From Bacteroidales bacterium (GTDB lineage: Bacteria > Bacteroidota > Bacteroidia > Bacteroidales > UBA932), in assembly GCA_015060445.1 (NCBI GenBank), contig SUYL01000037.1, positions 1,577 to 65,576 on the forward strand: a stretch of DNA of 64,000 bases, read 5' to 3'. Positions 26,514 to 35,778 of this stretch are shown here, in pieces. Position numbers and translations under genes: made by a program. Every line of letters starts with the position of its first letter. Within the stretch, counting starts at the first letter, position 1. The notes below the pieces were generated by a model. That model did not search any database. It had not been told where the DNA came from and was given only the letters and a program-made list of their open reading frames with translations.

Positions 26514-28607
26514 ATGGATATTATAAATGTAAATAAAACGAAGGCCATTTTAAAGAAAAGGTCCGTTTATGTGAGCCTCTCGCTGGCTTTTATAGTAATG
26601 ATGCTGTTTTTCCCCAATGAGGGAAAATTCCCATATGAATACCATAAGGGGCGTCCGTGGATGTATGAAACACTTATAGCACCCATAGATTTTCCAATCC
26701 TCAAAACAGAAGCGGAACTCTTTGCAGAGAGGGATGCCGCAGCCGCAAAGGTGGTACCTTACTACATTTATGATGAAACTGTGGCGCCACTGCAGCAGGG
26801 AACCCTGGCGCACATGCAGATACGCCATTCAATTCCGTCAGATATGGAAAAGGAACTTGCAGGGGTATTGGAGCATGTATATGAAACAGGTATTATTCCC
26901 GACAATTCCGACCTCCCTGCAGGACGCACAAGTTATGTAATTGTGCAGAAGGAGAGGAGGGCAACAGAGCAACTTCTGCAGGACCTCTTCACAGTTTCCT
27001 CTGCGCAGCAGTATATAAAATCAGATATAAAACTGAATCTTCCGCAGTACAATGCAGATTCGCTCCTTGCACTGTATGGGATAGACAACCTTGTACAGCC
27101 AAACCTCATCTTCAGCCAGCAGAATACAGATCTTCTGCACAAGGAGGCGATGGATTTCATTTCCCCTACAAAAGGGATGGTGTACTCCGGACAACTTATT
27201 GTAACAGAAGGTGAGACAATAACTGCTGAGATTCAGCAGTTGCTTGATTCCTACAAGGCAGAGTATGAGATCAGTTATGGATACACCGGCAATTTGTGGC
27301 AACTCTATATTGCACATGCCATTGTATGCATTGTTGTACTGCTGCTGGTTTACGTTACAATTTACTTTGTGAACTTCAATATCCTTACCGAGAGCAACCG
27401 TTTCAATTTCATACTGCTGGTTGTCCTTATGGCATTCCTCATAACAGTCTTTGCCAGAAGGCTCGATCCTCAGTTCATGTTTATGGTCCCTTATGCGGTT
27501 TTTGCCCTCTATATGATGGCATTCTTCAGGAACAAACTGGTATTCCCCATATACATGATTTCATTGTTGCCATTGCTTATAATATCAGAAAATGGAATAG
27601 AACTCTATATGCTCAATGCTGTTGCCGGCGGTATAGCACTTGTCTCATTCTCGTTCCTTTACAGGGGATGGCTGCAGTTCCTCAATTCCTTCATAATCTT
27701 TGTGGGAATGTTTATCCTGCATCTTGCTTTCAGGATGATGGAGGGTGGTGTCTTTGATGCTGCAAACTATACAACAATTGCCTTCATCTTCTGCAATGCA
27801 TTTCTGGTTGTGGCTGCATATCCTCTTGTATTCCTCCTTGAGAAGATATTCATGCTGGTATCTGTAGCAACACTCAAGGACCTTTCCGATACCAACAACA
27901 GACTTCTGCAGGAGTTGGCCCGCAAGGCACCGGGTACATTCCAGCACTCTCTGCAGGTTGCAAATATGGCCGAGAGGGCTGTTCTTGCCATACGTGGAAA
28001 CTCCCGACTTGTTAAAGTAGGTGCCATGTACCACGACATAGGAAAGATAAACAATCCCCAGTGCTTCATTGAGAACCAGGCTCCGGGAGTGGAGTATCAC
28101 AAAGGGCTTTCTCCACAGGAGAGTGCCAAGGAGATAATTAGGCATGTGGCTGACGGTGTGGAGATAGCAAGGAAACACAATCTGCCGCAGATAGTGGTTG
28201 ACTTTATAACATCACACCACGGACGTTCGCAGACGGCATATTTCTATACCCAGTACTGCAATAACGGCGGAGACCCTGCCAATACCTTTGATTTTACATA
28301 TCAGGGGACCCTTCCAACTGCAAAAGAACAGGTGGTGGTAATGATGGCAGATGCCGTTGAAGCAGCCTCACGCACCCTTAAGGACTATTCTGCCGAGAGT
28401 ATCTCCAAATTGGTTGAAGGTATTACAAGCCAGAGGATCAACGATTCCCAACTCGCTATGGCAGACATCTCAATAAAGGAGATAAATGTAGTTAAGGCAG
28501 TATTCAAGAAACATCTTCAGGAAATATACCATGCCCGCATTGCATATCCTCCAAAAAAGGATGGAAACAGCAAGAGAGATGTGCTGGTGAATGAGGATAC
28601 CGAGTAG
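26514..28607 (+). CDS. 7TM-receptor HD/HDIG phosphohydrolase (PgpH-like)
   Basis: Seven-helix central block. FQHSLQVANMAE and GAMYHDIGK (HDIG), ITSHHG. The ATG at 26514 (MDIINVNK) is preferred over the TTG track start at 26478. Confidence 0.85.
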   Translation: MDIINVNKTKAILKKRSVYVSLSLAFIVMMLFFPNEGKFPYEYHKGRPWMYETLIAPIDFPILKTEAELFAERDAAAAKVVPYYIYDETVAPLQQGTLAHMQIRHSIPSDMEKELAGVLEHVYETGIIPDNSDLPAGRTSYVIVQKERRATEQLLQDLFTVSSAQQYIKSDIKLNLPQYNADSLLALYGIDNLVQPNLIFSQQNTDLLHKEAMDFISPTKGMVYSGQLIVTEGETITAEIQQLLDSYKAEYEISYGYTGNLWQLYIAHAIVCIVVLLLVYVTIYFVNFNILTESNRFNFILLVVLMAFLITVFARRLDPQFMFMVPYAVFALYMMAFFRNKLVFPIYMISLLPLLIISENGIELYMLNAVAGGIALVSFSFLYRGWLQFLNSFIIFVGMFILHLAFRMMEGGVFDAANYTTIAFIFCNAFLVVAAYPLVFLLEKIFMLVSVATLKDLSDTNNRLLQELARKAPGTFQHSLQVANMAERAVLAIRGNSRLVKVGAMYHDIGKINNPQCFIENQAPGVEYHKGLSPQESAKEIIRHVADGVEIARKHNLPQIVVDFITSHHGRSQTAYFYTQYCNNGGDPANTFDFTYQGTLPTAKEQVVVMMADAVEAASRTLKDYSAESISKLVEGITSQRINDSQLAMADISIKEINVVKAVFKKHLQEIYHARIAYPPKKDGNSKRDVLVNEDTE

Positions 28608-28629
28608 TTTTATTGTAAAAAGATAGAAA

Positions 28630-28861
28630 GTGAAAAAGATAATCAATCCATATGCAGGGACATCTGAAGGTCTGGGCTACAACTGCTTTGCTTGCGCCCC
28701 TGAAAATACGTGCGGTTTAAAGATGGAATTTTGTAATTATGGAGATTACCCTAACTGCAAACGGTACGCTATGTTCCACAGCAGAAGCAACTTACTATTG
28801 TTTCTCCCGAGAAAAGGCGGAAAAAGAATTCCACTTCCTTCCATACGAGGTGGAAGAGTGA
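28630..28861 (+). pseudogene. PaaI/hotdog-fold thioesterase gene with internal deletion and frameshift
   Basis: The N-terminal 36-38 codons (MKKIINPYAGTSEGLGYNCFACAPENTCGLKMEF) are family-typical. From 28739 a different frame reads EITLTANGTLCSTAEATYYCFSREKAEKEFHFLPYEVEE* (stop 28859-28861), a typical C-terminus. The central ~65-70 codons of a ~140-150-aa protein are missing. Confidence 0.55.
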
Positions 28862-28997
28862 TGGATTGACCCGGCTTTTCCGGTAGAATTGAGCTGTTCT
28901 TCCACAAAACTGCGCTAAAATGAGGACAAAAGTTTCTTCTGGGCGTTTTGCATCCACACCGGATACCTCTTTTGTGGACAGATAGCGGCAAAAATTA

Positions 28998-29035
28998 AAT
29001 TCCTCCACAAAACATAACGCTTTTGTGGAGGAATT
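28998..29035. terminator. Bidirectional terminator-like hairpin between convergent genes
   Basis: AATTCCTCCACAAAA / TTTTGTGGAGGAATT, 15-bp stem with an 8-nt loop, A/T runs on both sides. Confidence 0.6.
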
Positions 29036-29131
29036 CATATTTTCAGTGCCTGGTGCGGGGTTGCTTTTGCATGGCCGCCATCACGAAACCGCCTTTGCAT
29101 AGCACCTTTGCATGGCCGGAGCCGGGGACTG

Positions 29132-30658
29132 TTACTTTCTTACAAACTCACCTACAGGATCCACTATGTCAAATGTTAGTGACTGGGCGCGGTTCCCTTT
29201 TACTGTGAATGTAAGGTCAAATGTACCTGAGCCTTTTGCGTAGAAGGTAAATACATTACCGTTTTTATGTTTCAGAGGGCTGTCTACCTTGCGCAGGTTG
29301 AAATACAACTCCCCATCCTTCTCATAAACTTTGGCAGTACCAAAAGGCTCAAGGGTATAGTTGCCTACATAAGCCTTGTTTGCCAGTGCGGCAACTGGTG
29401 TAACCTCTTCTTTTGCCTTAGGCTCATCTTTGCTGAACAGATCCTCTTTATAGTCTGCAAAATACTCGTCAAAATAAGATGATTTGTTCCCTTTGTAAAG
29501 TTCAATCAGGTCACGGCCTATGGCAGACTGAGGGTCTGAAGAACTTCCGTTGTTTGTAAGGAATACAAATCCAAGGTCCATTTCAGGAACCATTCCCACC
29601 AATGCAGTATAGCCGTATGCCAGACCGGTATGCCTAATGTAGCGTCCCTGCTCTCCAAACTCAACTGTCCAACCCTGGGCGTAGTTGGTAAGGCGTGTAG
29701 AGTCACTTCCGGTAATGGTTTGAGGATACCACAGCATATCATGATTTTTGCGTGAGATAATCTCCTTGCCGTTGAATGTACCGTGGTTAAGGTGCATCTT
29801 TACCCAGTTTGCCATATCCTCAACTGTAGAGATTACAAAACCTGCAGGGGCAACCGCAGAAAGCCATGCAAATGCATCCTCCTTGTCTGTACGGGGTACA
29901 ACAACAATCTCGTCCTTCTCCTCCGCTTTCCTCATCCTGTAACCCTGGGCAAGGTTTTCAGCGGTGTAGAAAGAGATGTTTCCGGTTGTGGAGTTTTTCA
30001 TTCCAAGAGGGGTGAAGATGCGCTCAATCAAAGCCTCATCCCAACTTTTCCCTGTATATTTCTCAATGATTTTGGCAGCAATTGTGTACATGCTGTTGTT
30101 GTAGGCATATTTTGTACGGAAACTGTAGGTTGGCTGAAGTACAGAGTAGATCTTGTAAAGGTCATCCCTGTCATAGCCCCAAGGTGGAAGGTCGTCAAGG
30201 GCATAACTGTTGAATCCGCTGTGGTGCGACATTATCTCCCTTACCTGGAAATTTTTGGTAACCCAAGGGTCGTACATTTTAAAATCAGGCAGGTAATTGA
30301 TAACCGGGGCATCCCATTTTATCTCGGGATACTCATCCATTACATTTGCCAATAGTCCCGATGTAAATGCCTTTGAGGTTGATGCAATTACAAACTGGGT
30401 CTGTGGGGTAACCGGTACCGGTGCTGTAAGAGAGTCTCCAAGGTGGGCATTTCCATATCCTTTCATGAAAACCACCTCACCGTCCTTTACAACGGCAACG
30501 GCCATTCCAGGAACTTTCCACTCGTCAATGGCACGCTGGCACATTGCGTCAAATCCGTCGGGAATGGATTTATAATACTTCTGAGAAGGGTTGTTGCCGC
30601 AGGAAACAATAATTGCAGCCAGCAGTGCTGCAGCAACAAGATTGAATAGTTTTTTCAT
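29132..30658 (-). CDS. Serine hydrolase of the beta-lactamase (class C / DD-peptidase-like) family, lipoprotein
   Basis: SxxK IASTSKAF, YxN YAYNNS. Lipobox LLAAIIVSCG. Extra C-terminal beta domain. Confidence 0.85.
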   Translation of the reverse strand: MKKLFNLVAAALLAAIIVSCGNNPSQKYYKSIPDGFDAMCQRAIDEWKVPGMAVAVVKDGEVVFMKGYGNAHLGDSLTAPVPVTPQTQFVIASTSKAFTSGLLANVMDEYPEIKWDAPVINYLPDFKMYDPWVTKNFQVREIMSHHSGFNSYALDDLPPWGYDRDDLYKIYSVLQPTYSFRTKYAYNNSMYTIAAKIIEKYTGKSWDEALIERIFTPLGMKNSTTGNISFYTAENLAQGYRMRKAEEKDEIVVVPRTDKEDAFAWLSAVAPAGFVISTVEDMANWVKMHLNHGTFNGKEIISRKNHDMLWYPQTITGSDSTRLTNYAQGWTVEFGEQGRYIRHTGLAYGYTALVGMVPEMDLGFVFLTNNGSSSDPQSAIGRDLIELYKGNKSSYFDEYFADYKEDLFSKDEPKAKEEVTPVAALANKAYVGNYTLEPFGTAKVYEKDGELYFNLRKVDSPLKHKNGNVFTFYAKGSGTFDLTFTVKGNRAQSLTFDIVDPVGEFVRK

Positions 30659-30759
30659 AAAGATAGAATTTATTTTGGTTCAAAATTAAGCAAACTTCCA
30701 CACAATTATGGCATTTTTTCAATGTTTCTTATCTTTGTCCCCTATAAAAACTGAAAATT

Positions 30760-31473
30760 ATGGACAAGGTATCGGGAAACCCTTTAAAAAACCGAGTGAA
30801 AGCACGTCTGCGTGCCGGAGGTCAGTCTGTGAGCAACCAGACTGCACTTATGGTGGTTACGGCGCTGTTCGTATCCTCCTATCTCATCTCAAATACAATG
30901 GCCGTAAAGGTTATAGGCCTTTTCAATATCTTCTATTTTGATGCCGGAACAATAACATTCCCCTTTGCATATATGCTTGGTGATGTGCTTACTGAGATTT
31001 GGGGCTTCAGAATTTCAAAGAGGGTGATATGGACAACCTTTTTCTGCAATATCCTTATGGTGGTGTGTACCCAAATAGGGGTTTGTCTCCCTTCTCCGGA
31101 GCATCTTGGTGAGACAGCGGCTGCATATGACCACATTTTCAACTATGTGCCCCGTATTGTGTTGGCTTCGTTGGTGGGATTCCTGTGTGGAGAACTCTCC
31201 AATGCCTGGCTTATGGTAAAGATAAGGGAGAAGACAAAGGGAAAGCATCTGTGGGTGCGTACTATAGGAAGTTCTGCAGTGGGATATGTCTTTGACAGCC
31301 TGCCGTTTGTGCTTATTGCTTTTGCGGGAACGGTATCTGTAAGGGAACTGCTCCTTATGATAGCCTTCCAGTATTGCAGCAAACTCCTCATAGAAACGGT
31401 GTTTGGAACTCCGCTGGCTTATGCGGCAATAAGGTTCATAAGGAAATATGTCAGATTGGACTACAACAATTAA
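30760..31473 (+). CDS. yhhQ: Queuosine-precursor transporter (YhhQ/DUF165, VUT family)
   Basis: ITFPFAYMLGDVLTEIWGF motif, ~6 TM helices, 237 aa. Confidence 0.8.
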   Translation: MDKVSGNPLKNRVKARLRAGGQSVSNQTALMVVTALFVSSYLISNTMAVKVIGLFNIFYFDAGTITFPFAYMLGDVLTEIWGFRISKRVIWTTFFCNILMVVCTQIGVCLPSPEHLGETAAAYDHIFNYVPRIVLASLVGFLCGELSNAWLMVKIREKTKGKHLWVRTIGSSAVGYVFDSLPFVLIAFAGTVSVRELLLMIAFQYCSKLLIETVFGTPLAYAAIRFIRKYVRLDYNN

Positions 31474-31485
31474 AAAACTATACTT

Positions 31486-32196
31486 ATGAAAAAACTGTTT
31501 GTATTGTGTATTGCCATTATGGCATTGAGTTTTGCCGCTGCCAGTGAGGCTAAGGCTCAGAACATACAGGTTCTGTATGATACAGAGCGTGAATGTGTAA
31601 CTTCAACAATAGAGATGTTCCGTCCGGATGCATGGGGAAGCACATTTTTCTTTGTTGATTTGGATTACACCCCAAATGTGAGCGGAGCATATTGGGAACT
31701 TTCAAGGGAGTTGTGCTTCTGGAAAGAGAGCAACCTTTCATGGCTCTCTTTGCACCTTGAGTTCAATGGAGGTCTTAATAATGTTGCCGGATCATTCAAT
31801 AATGCCTGGCTTGCAGGTCTTACATACTCTGGACACTCAAAGGATTTCAGCAAGACCTGGTCACTCTCTGCAATGTACAAACTCATTCCGGATACAATAG
31901 GTCTGGATGGAGAGGAGCAGGAGAGCAATTTCCAGATTACCGGAGTATGGGGAATTACCTTCGCCGACGGATGGTGCTCTTTCAGCGGATTTGCAGATTT
32001 CTGGAGGGAGGCAAGACCTTGGCAGGATACAGAGTACATCTTCCTGGCAGAGCCTCAGTTCTGGGTTAACCTCAACAAGATTGAGGGGTGGAAAGATGTT
32101 AACCTGAGTGTTGGCGGCGAGTTGGAACTCTCTTCAAATTTCTTTGAGAAAGGGTTCAAGGCAATACCTGCACTTGGCGTAAAATGGACTTTCTAA
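31486..32196 (+). CDS. Small outer-membrane beta-barrel protein (DUF5020 / Tsx-like)
   Basis: Signal peptide ..AASEAKAQ. NIQVLYDTE...TIEMFRPDAWGSTFFFVDLDY. Terminal GVKWTF. The family name is from memory. Confidence 0.6.
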   Translation: MKKLFVLCIAIMALSFAAASEAKAQNIQVLYDTERECVTSTIEMFRPDAWGSTFFFVDLDYTPNVSGAYWELSRELCFWKESNLSWLSLHLEFNGGLNNVAGSFNNAWLAGLTYSGHSKDFSKTWSLSAMYKLIPDTIGLDGEEQESNFQITGVWGITFADGWCSFSGFADFWREARPWQDTEYIFLAEPQFWVNLNKIEGWKDVNLSVGGELELSSNFFEKGFKAIPALGVKWTF

Positions 32197-32205
32197 TAAA
32201 ACGAT

Positions 32206-32502
32206 ATGTATTTTACAGGAATACTTATAGGACTTGCAACCTTCCTTATTATAGGACTTTTTCATCCTATAGTAATTAAGGCAGAATATTACCTTGGAAC
32301 AAAATGCTGGTGGGCTTTCCTGCTCGCCGGCATCCTGTTCTGCGGATTGTCCCTTATAGTGGCTAATGTAATTCTGTCCACAGTGTTTGGTGTTACGGCA
32401 TTCTCTTCATTCTGGAGCATCCTTGAACTCTTTGAACAGAAAGAGAGGGTTAAGAAAGGGTGGTTCCCTGAAGGCCCGGGCCACAAGAGACAATTACCTT
32501 AA
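32206..32502 (+). CDS. Small integral membrane protein (98 aa)
   Basis: Three hydrophobic helices. 9 bp after the preceding gene. Confidence 0.55.
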   Translation: MYFTGILIGLATFLIIGLFHPIVIKAEYYLGTKCWWAFLLAGILFCGLSLIVANVILSTVFGVTAFSSFWSILELFEQKERVKKGWFPEGPGHKRQLP

Positions 32503-32853
32503 TGTCTTGTACGAAAGGATATGTATTGTGATTCCTGCCGCAAGGAGGATGAACAAAAGACTCAACGCCCAGTGCCCTGCAATGCCAAATGCACAATAAA
32601 GCAGTGTAATCCACACTGTAGTTACTGATATTATCTTTACTCTCAATGGAATAGCCTTGTGCTTTAGGAAGTTTGTTATATAGGGCCCCAGACGGGGATG
32701 GTTCATCAGCCAGTCATACAATCTTCTGTTGCTTCTGAGGAATAATGCCGCAGAAAGAAGCAATAGGGGTGTTGTGGGGAGCAGGGGAAGAAAAATCCCG
32801 AGTATTCCCAATCCCAGTGAAATTGTTCCCAATATCGTAAGAAAAATCTTCAT
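32494..32853 (-). CDS. YbaN/DUF454 family inner-membrane protein
   Basis: LGILGIFLPLLPTTPLLLLSAALFLRSNRRLYDWL is the family signature. Confidence 0.75.
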   Translation of the reverse strand: MKIFLTILGTISLGLGILGIFLPLLPTTPLLLLSAALFLRSNRRLYDWLMNHPRLGPYITNFLKHKAIPLRVKIISVTTVWITLLYCAFGIAGHWALSLLFILLAAGITIHILSYKTLR

Positions 32854-32946
32854 ATTGTCTGCTGAACCAAAAATAACATGTTTACAGCGGGCAAAGATAC
32901 TTTTTTTATGCTACATTTAAAGTTTCAAATAACAGGAATAGAATAT

Positions 32947-34185
32947 ATGAAAAGAATATTGTTGGCCGGTGCGGCATTGGCCTTATGTGTAATGGTGAAT
33001 GCCCAGGAAATAAAGTCTCCAAAGTTGGGCAAGAGACTTTCCTCGCAGCAGGTGGTAGAATACCTTGCCCATGATGCCCTTCAGGGGAGAGATGGCGGCA
33101 CAAGGGGGGATACCCTTGCATCGGATTTCATTTTGGGGCAGTTGGAGAAGTTGGGACTCAATCCGCACAAGCACCCCTTTACAGTAAAAAGGGGCAATAT
33201 AAACACCTTTAACGTGTATGGAAGCATTCCGGGTCGCAGTGGAAAATACATTGTGGTAGGGGCCCATTATGACCATCTTGGAATGGGCGGGCAGGGGAGC
33301 GGCTCCCGCAGACCGGATACCTTGGCTGTACATAACGGGGCAGATGACAACGCCTCAGGGGTGGCAGGAGTACTTCATCTTGCAAAGCATTTTGCAAAGA
33401 GGAAGGATCTGCAGCATGGAATAATCTTTGCCGCTTTCGGTGCAGAGGAGAGGGGAATTGTGGGGAGCAAGAATATGGTGGAGAACCTGCATGAATTGGA
33501 ACTGTCGGGAAGAAAATGGGTTTCTGTGAATGATATTGTGGCAATGGTGAACTTTGATATGATAGGGCGCCTGCGCGGTAAGGCAATTACCCTTGGGGGA
33601 ACCGGAACAGCAAAGGAGATGGATGCAATAATTGCCGGAGCATCGCACCGAATGGGGAATGCCCTTAAGGTAACCCGTTCTGAGCAGGGACACGGCCCGA
33701 GCGACCACTCAGCCTTCTATGCTAAAAATATTCCGGTATTTTACCTCACCACAGGAGGAACAGAAGATTATCATACTCCCGACGATGATTCCCACAAGAT
33801 AAATTTTGGGGGAATTGATTCCGTTGCAACATTTGCAGCCCTGCTTGTGGAGCAGGTTCAGGGATACCCTGAAGGATTGACATTCACCGAGACTGCCGCA
33901 CCGGCAGCATCGCCAATGAGGGGCGGGTTCAAGGTGTCATTGGGACTTATGCCCGATGTTACCGGGCAGGTGGAGAACGGCCTGAGGACAGAGATAATTG
34001 TAAAGGGGAAACCGGCTTATAAGGCTGGAATGAAGAACGGGGATGTGATAATTCAGGTGAATGATATTGCAATTAAGGATATTCAGGTATATATGCAGGC
34101 TCTTGGAACACTCAAGAAAGGTGATCTGGTAAAGGTAAAGGTGCTGAGGGAGGGAAAAGAGATGCAGTTTGATGTACAACTATAA
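32947..34185 (+). CDS. M28-family metallopeptidase with C-terminal PDZ domain
   Basis: GAHYDHLG, GADDNASG, FGAEERGIVGS, YHTPDD. PDZ-like KGKPAYKAGMKNGDVIIQVND. Signal peptide from the ATG at 32947. Confidence 0.85.
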   Translation: MKRILLAGAALALCVMVNAQEIKSPKLGKRLSSQQVVEYLAHDALQGRDGGTRGDTLASDFILGQLEKLGLNPHKHPFTVKRGNINTFNVYGSIPGRSGKYIVVGAHYDHLGMGGQGSGSRRPDTLAVHNGADDNASGVAGVLHLAKHFAKRKDLQHGIIFAAFGAEERGIVGSKNMVENLHELELSGRKWVSVNDIVAMVNFDMIGRLRGKAITLGGTGTAKEMDAIIAGASHRMGNALKVTRSEQGHGPSDHSAFYAKNIPVFYLTTGGTEDYHTPDDDSHKINFGGIDSVATFAALLVEQVQGYPEGLTFTETAAPAASPMRGGFKVSLGLMPDVTGQVENGLRTEIIVKGKPAYKAGMKNGDVIIQVNDIAIKDIQVYMQALGTLKKGDLVKVKVLREGKEMQFDVQL

Positions 34186-34194
34186 AATTGTGTT

Positions 34195-35052
34195 ATGAAG
34201 AAGGTATTGTTTTGGATTTTGGCAGTTGTTATAACATTGTCTGCCAGCATTTATCAGAGAAAGACCGGTCCCACAAACCCCAAATATGAAACCGTATTTC
34301 TTGCAGGTGACGAATACAGGTTCAAACTCCCCCGCAGCGGTGGTGAAACGGACTGCAGCGTAGTATTGAAAGGTTTTGGAACTCCTCAGATGATTGATTC
34401 TCTGGGATTGGATATAAATGCCGTAATGCACTGGAGAAAATATCCCGGTGGGGGGGAATATACTGCCGTACAGATGCTCCCTGCAGCAGAGGGGCTTACC
34501 GCATTTCTTCCGGTACAGCCTGCTGCCGGCAAACTTGAGTATTATATAGAACTTGAGACCTTCAGAAAGGATGATGACACTTCTCTAAAGACCCGTACAA
34601 TGATTTGCTATGACGAGCCTCTGATAATCCGTTTCAAAGGGGATGTTCCGGCGTGGGCCCTCATACCGCATATCCTCTGCATGTTCATTTCAATGCTCTT
34701 TGGAGCCTATGCATTCCTGTGTGCCTTGGCAAATATGCCCCAATACAGGAGATACACTCTACTCTCATTCTGGCTGCTGGTGCTGGGAGGCTTTGTATTT
34801 GGCCCTATAGTGCAGAAATACGCCTTTGATATATTCTGGAGCGGCTTCCCGTTTGGAGGGGACCTTACAGACAACAAGACCCTGTTTGCCGCTGTAGTGC
34901 TGTTGTTTGCTGTGGTTACCGGCAAAAAGAAATGGAACAGATGGGCGGTTGTAGTTGCAATTGCGGTAATGTTTGCAATCTTCTCAATCCCCCACAGTAT
35001 GAGGGGCTCTGAACTCAACCATGAAACAGGAGTTATAGAGTCTGCAAAATAA
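34195..35052 (+). CDS. Hypothetical membrane protein (N-terminal anchor, extracytoplasmic domain, 4 C-terminal TM helices)
   Basis: ORF track plus hydrophobicity pattern. No family recognised. Confidence 0.6.
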   Translation: MKKVLFWILAVVITLSASIYQRKTGPTNPKYETVFLAGDEYRFKLPRSGGETDCSVVLKGFGTPQMIDSLGLDINAVMHWRKYPGGGEYTAVQMLPAAEGLTAFLPVQPAAGKLEYYIELETFRKDDDTSLKTRTMICYDEPLIIRFKGDVPAWALIPHILCMFISMLFGAYAFLCALANMPQYRRYTLLSFWLLVLGGFVFGPIVQKYAFDIFWSGFPFGGDLTDNKTLFAAVVLLFAVVTGKKKWNRWAVVVAIAVMFAIFSIPHSMRGSELNHETGVIESAK

Positions 35053-35058
35053 ATTTGT

Positions 35059-35095
35059 TTGTGTCAAAAGTTGTCAAAACTGCACCCTAATTTTG
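35059..35095 (+). promoter_or_regulatory. Promoter-like element: TTGTGTCAAAAGTTGTCAAAAC, 7 nt, then TAATTTTG (-7 box TAnnTTTG)
   Basis: Same 22-nt motif (21/22 identical) and same spacing as 25601-25637. Confidence 0.35.
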
Positions 35096-35131
35096 CAGAA
35101 AAATAAGACAATAACTAAAAATTTTGACGCT

Positions 35132-35278
35132 ATGAATACAAATTTATCTTTGGCAATGAACCTTCCTTTGTATGTAATCAACAAAATGATGGAGATAGCA
35201 GGACGCAATCCCCAATATCAGGAGTGCAGCGAGATTGAACTCTTCTGGGCAGCCGAAAAGGAACTGGCCCTCGACTAA
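35132..35278 (+). CDS. Possible 48-aa small protein
   Basis: MNTNLSLAMNLPLYVINKMMEIAGRNPQYQECSEIELFWAAEKELALD. Preceded by the promoter-like element and followed by a hairpin plus T-run. Confidence 0.3.
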   Translation: MNTNLSLAMNLPLYVINKMMEIAGRNPQYQECSEIELFWAAEKELALD

Positions 35279-35287
35279 AGGAAAATG

Positions 35288-35318
35288 GCAGCCGTCGGTG
35301 ATGATGGCTGCTTTTTTT
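35288..35318 (+). terminator. Rho-independent terminator-like hairpin
   Basis: GCAGCC (35288-35293) / GGCTGC (35306-35311) followed by T7. Confidence 0.5.
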
Positions 35319-35400
35319 ATTGTGTAATTCACTCCCCCCCCTGCTTCCGGCCCTTACTCTTTATGTGGGGAGACTACGGTTTTGGATGGATTATTGGCAC

Positions 35401-35706
35401 TTAAACCTCCCTGATTGCCTCAATGTAAAAACTCATTGGACGGAAACCGTCATTGCAACTTATCATTGCGCTCATAGGGTCTTTCATCCATCCGTCGTAG
35501 AAATTGCCTTCCCCTCTGGCAAGGGATTCCACAAATTCCCTCATTGAAGACCAGGCCGAAGGACACATCCCCTCCGGACATTTCCCCTCTTCTGAAATCC
35601 ATTGCTGCCCCACCTTAATATCACAGGTGTGTTCAATGGGGTTCTCATATTTTGCCATAAGGTCGGGATACACACTCTGGCGTACTGCTGTTATACGTAT
35701 GTTCAT
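35401..35706 (-). CDS. TIGR04076-family small Cys-rich protein
   Basis: CPEGMCPSAW...ISCNDGFRPMSFYIEAI matches the family pattern. Confidence 0.7.
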   Translation of the reverse strand: MNIRITAVRQSVYPDLMAKYENPIEHTCDIKVGQQWISEEGKCPEGMCPSAWSSMREFVESLARGEGNFYDGWMKDPMSAMISCNDGFRPMSFYIEAIREV

Positions 35707-35778
35707 GGTGTCAAAAATAATCTTCCTGCCACAAATTTATTAATTTTGCGCCAACAGATTCAATATAGGTACAGGACG

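Noticed and set aside
16122-30355. Long antisense shadow ORFs inside well-supported genes (e.g. 16122..16664 minus 180 aa, 27645..28178 minus 177 aa, 29783..30355 plus 190 aa, 9292..9717 minus 141 aa, 13800..14261 minus 153 aa) and their mirror copies
   Set aside because: They overlap motif-supported CDSs on the opposite strand. Their translations are Cys/His/Pro/Arg-rich without any recognisable domain, which is typical of non-coding frames.
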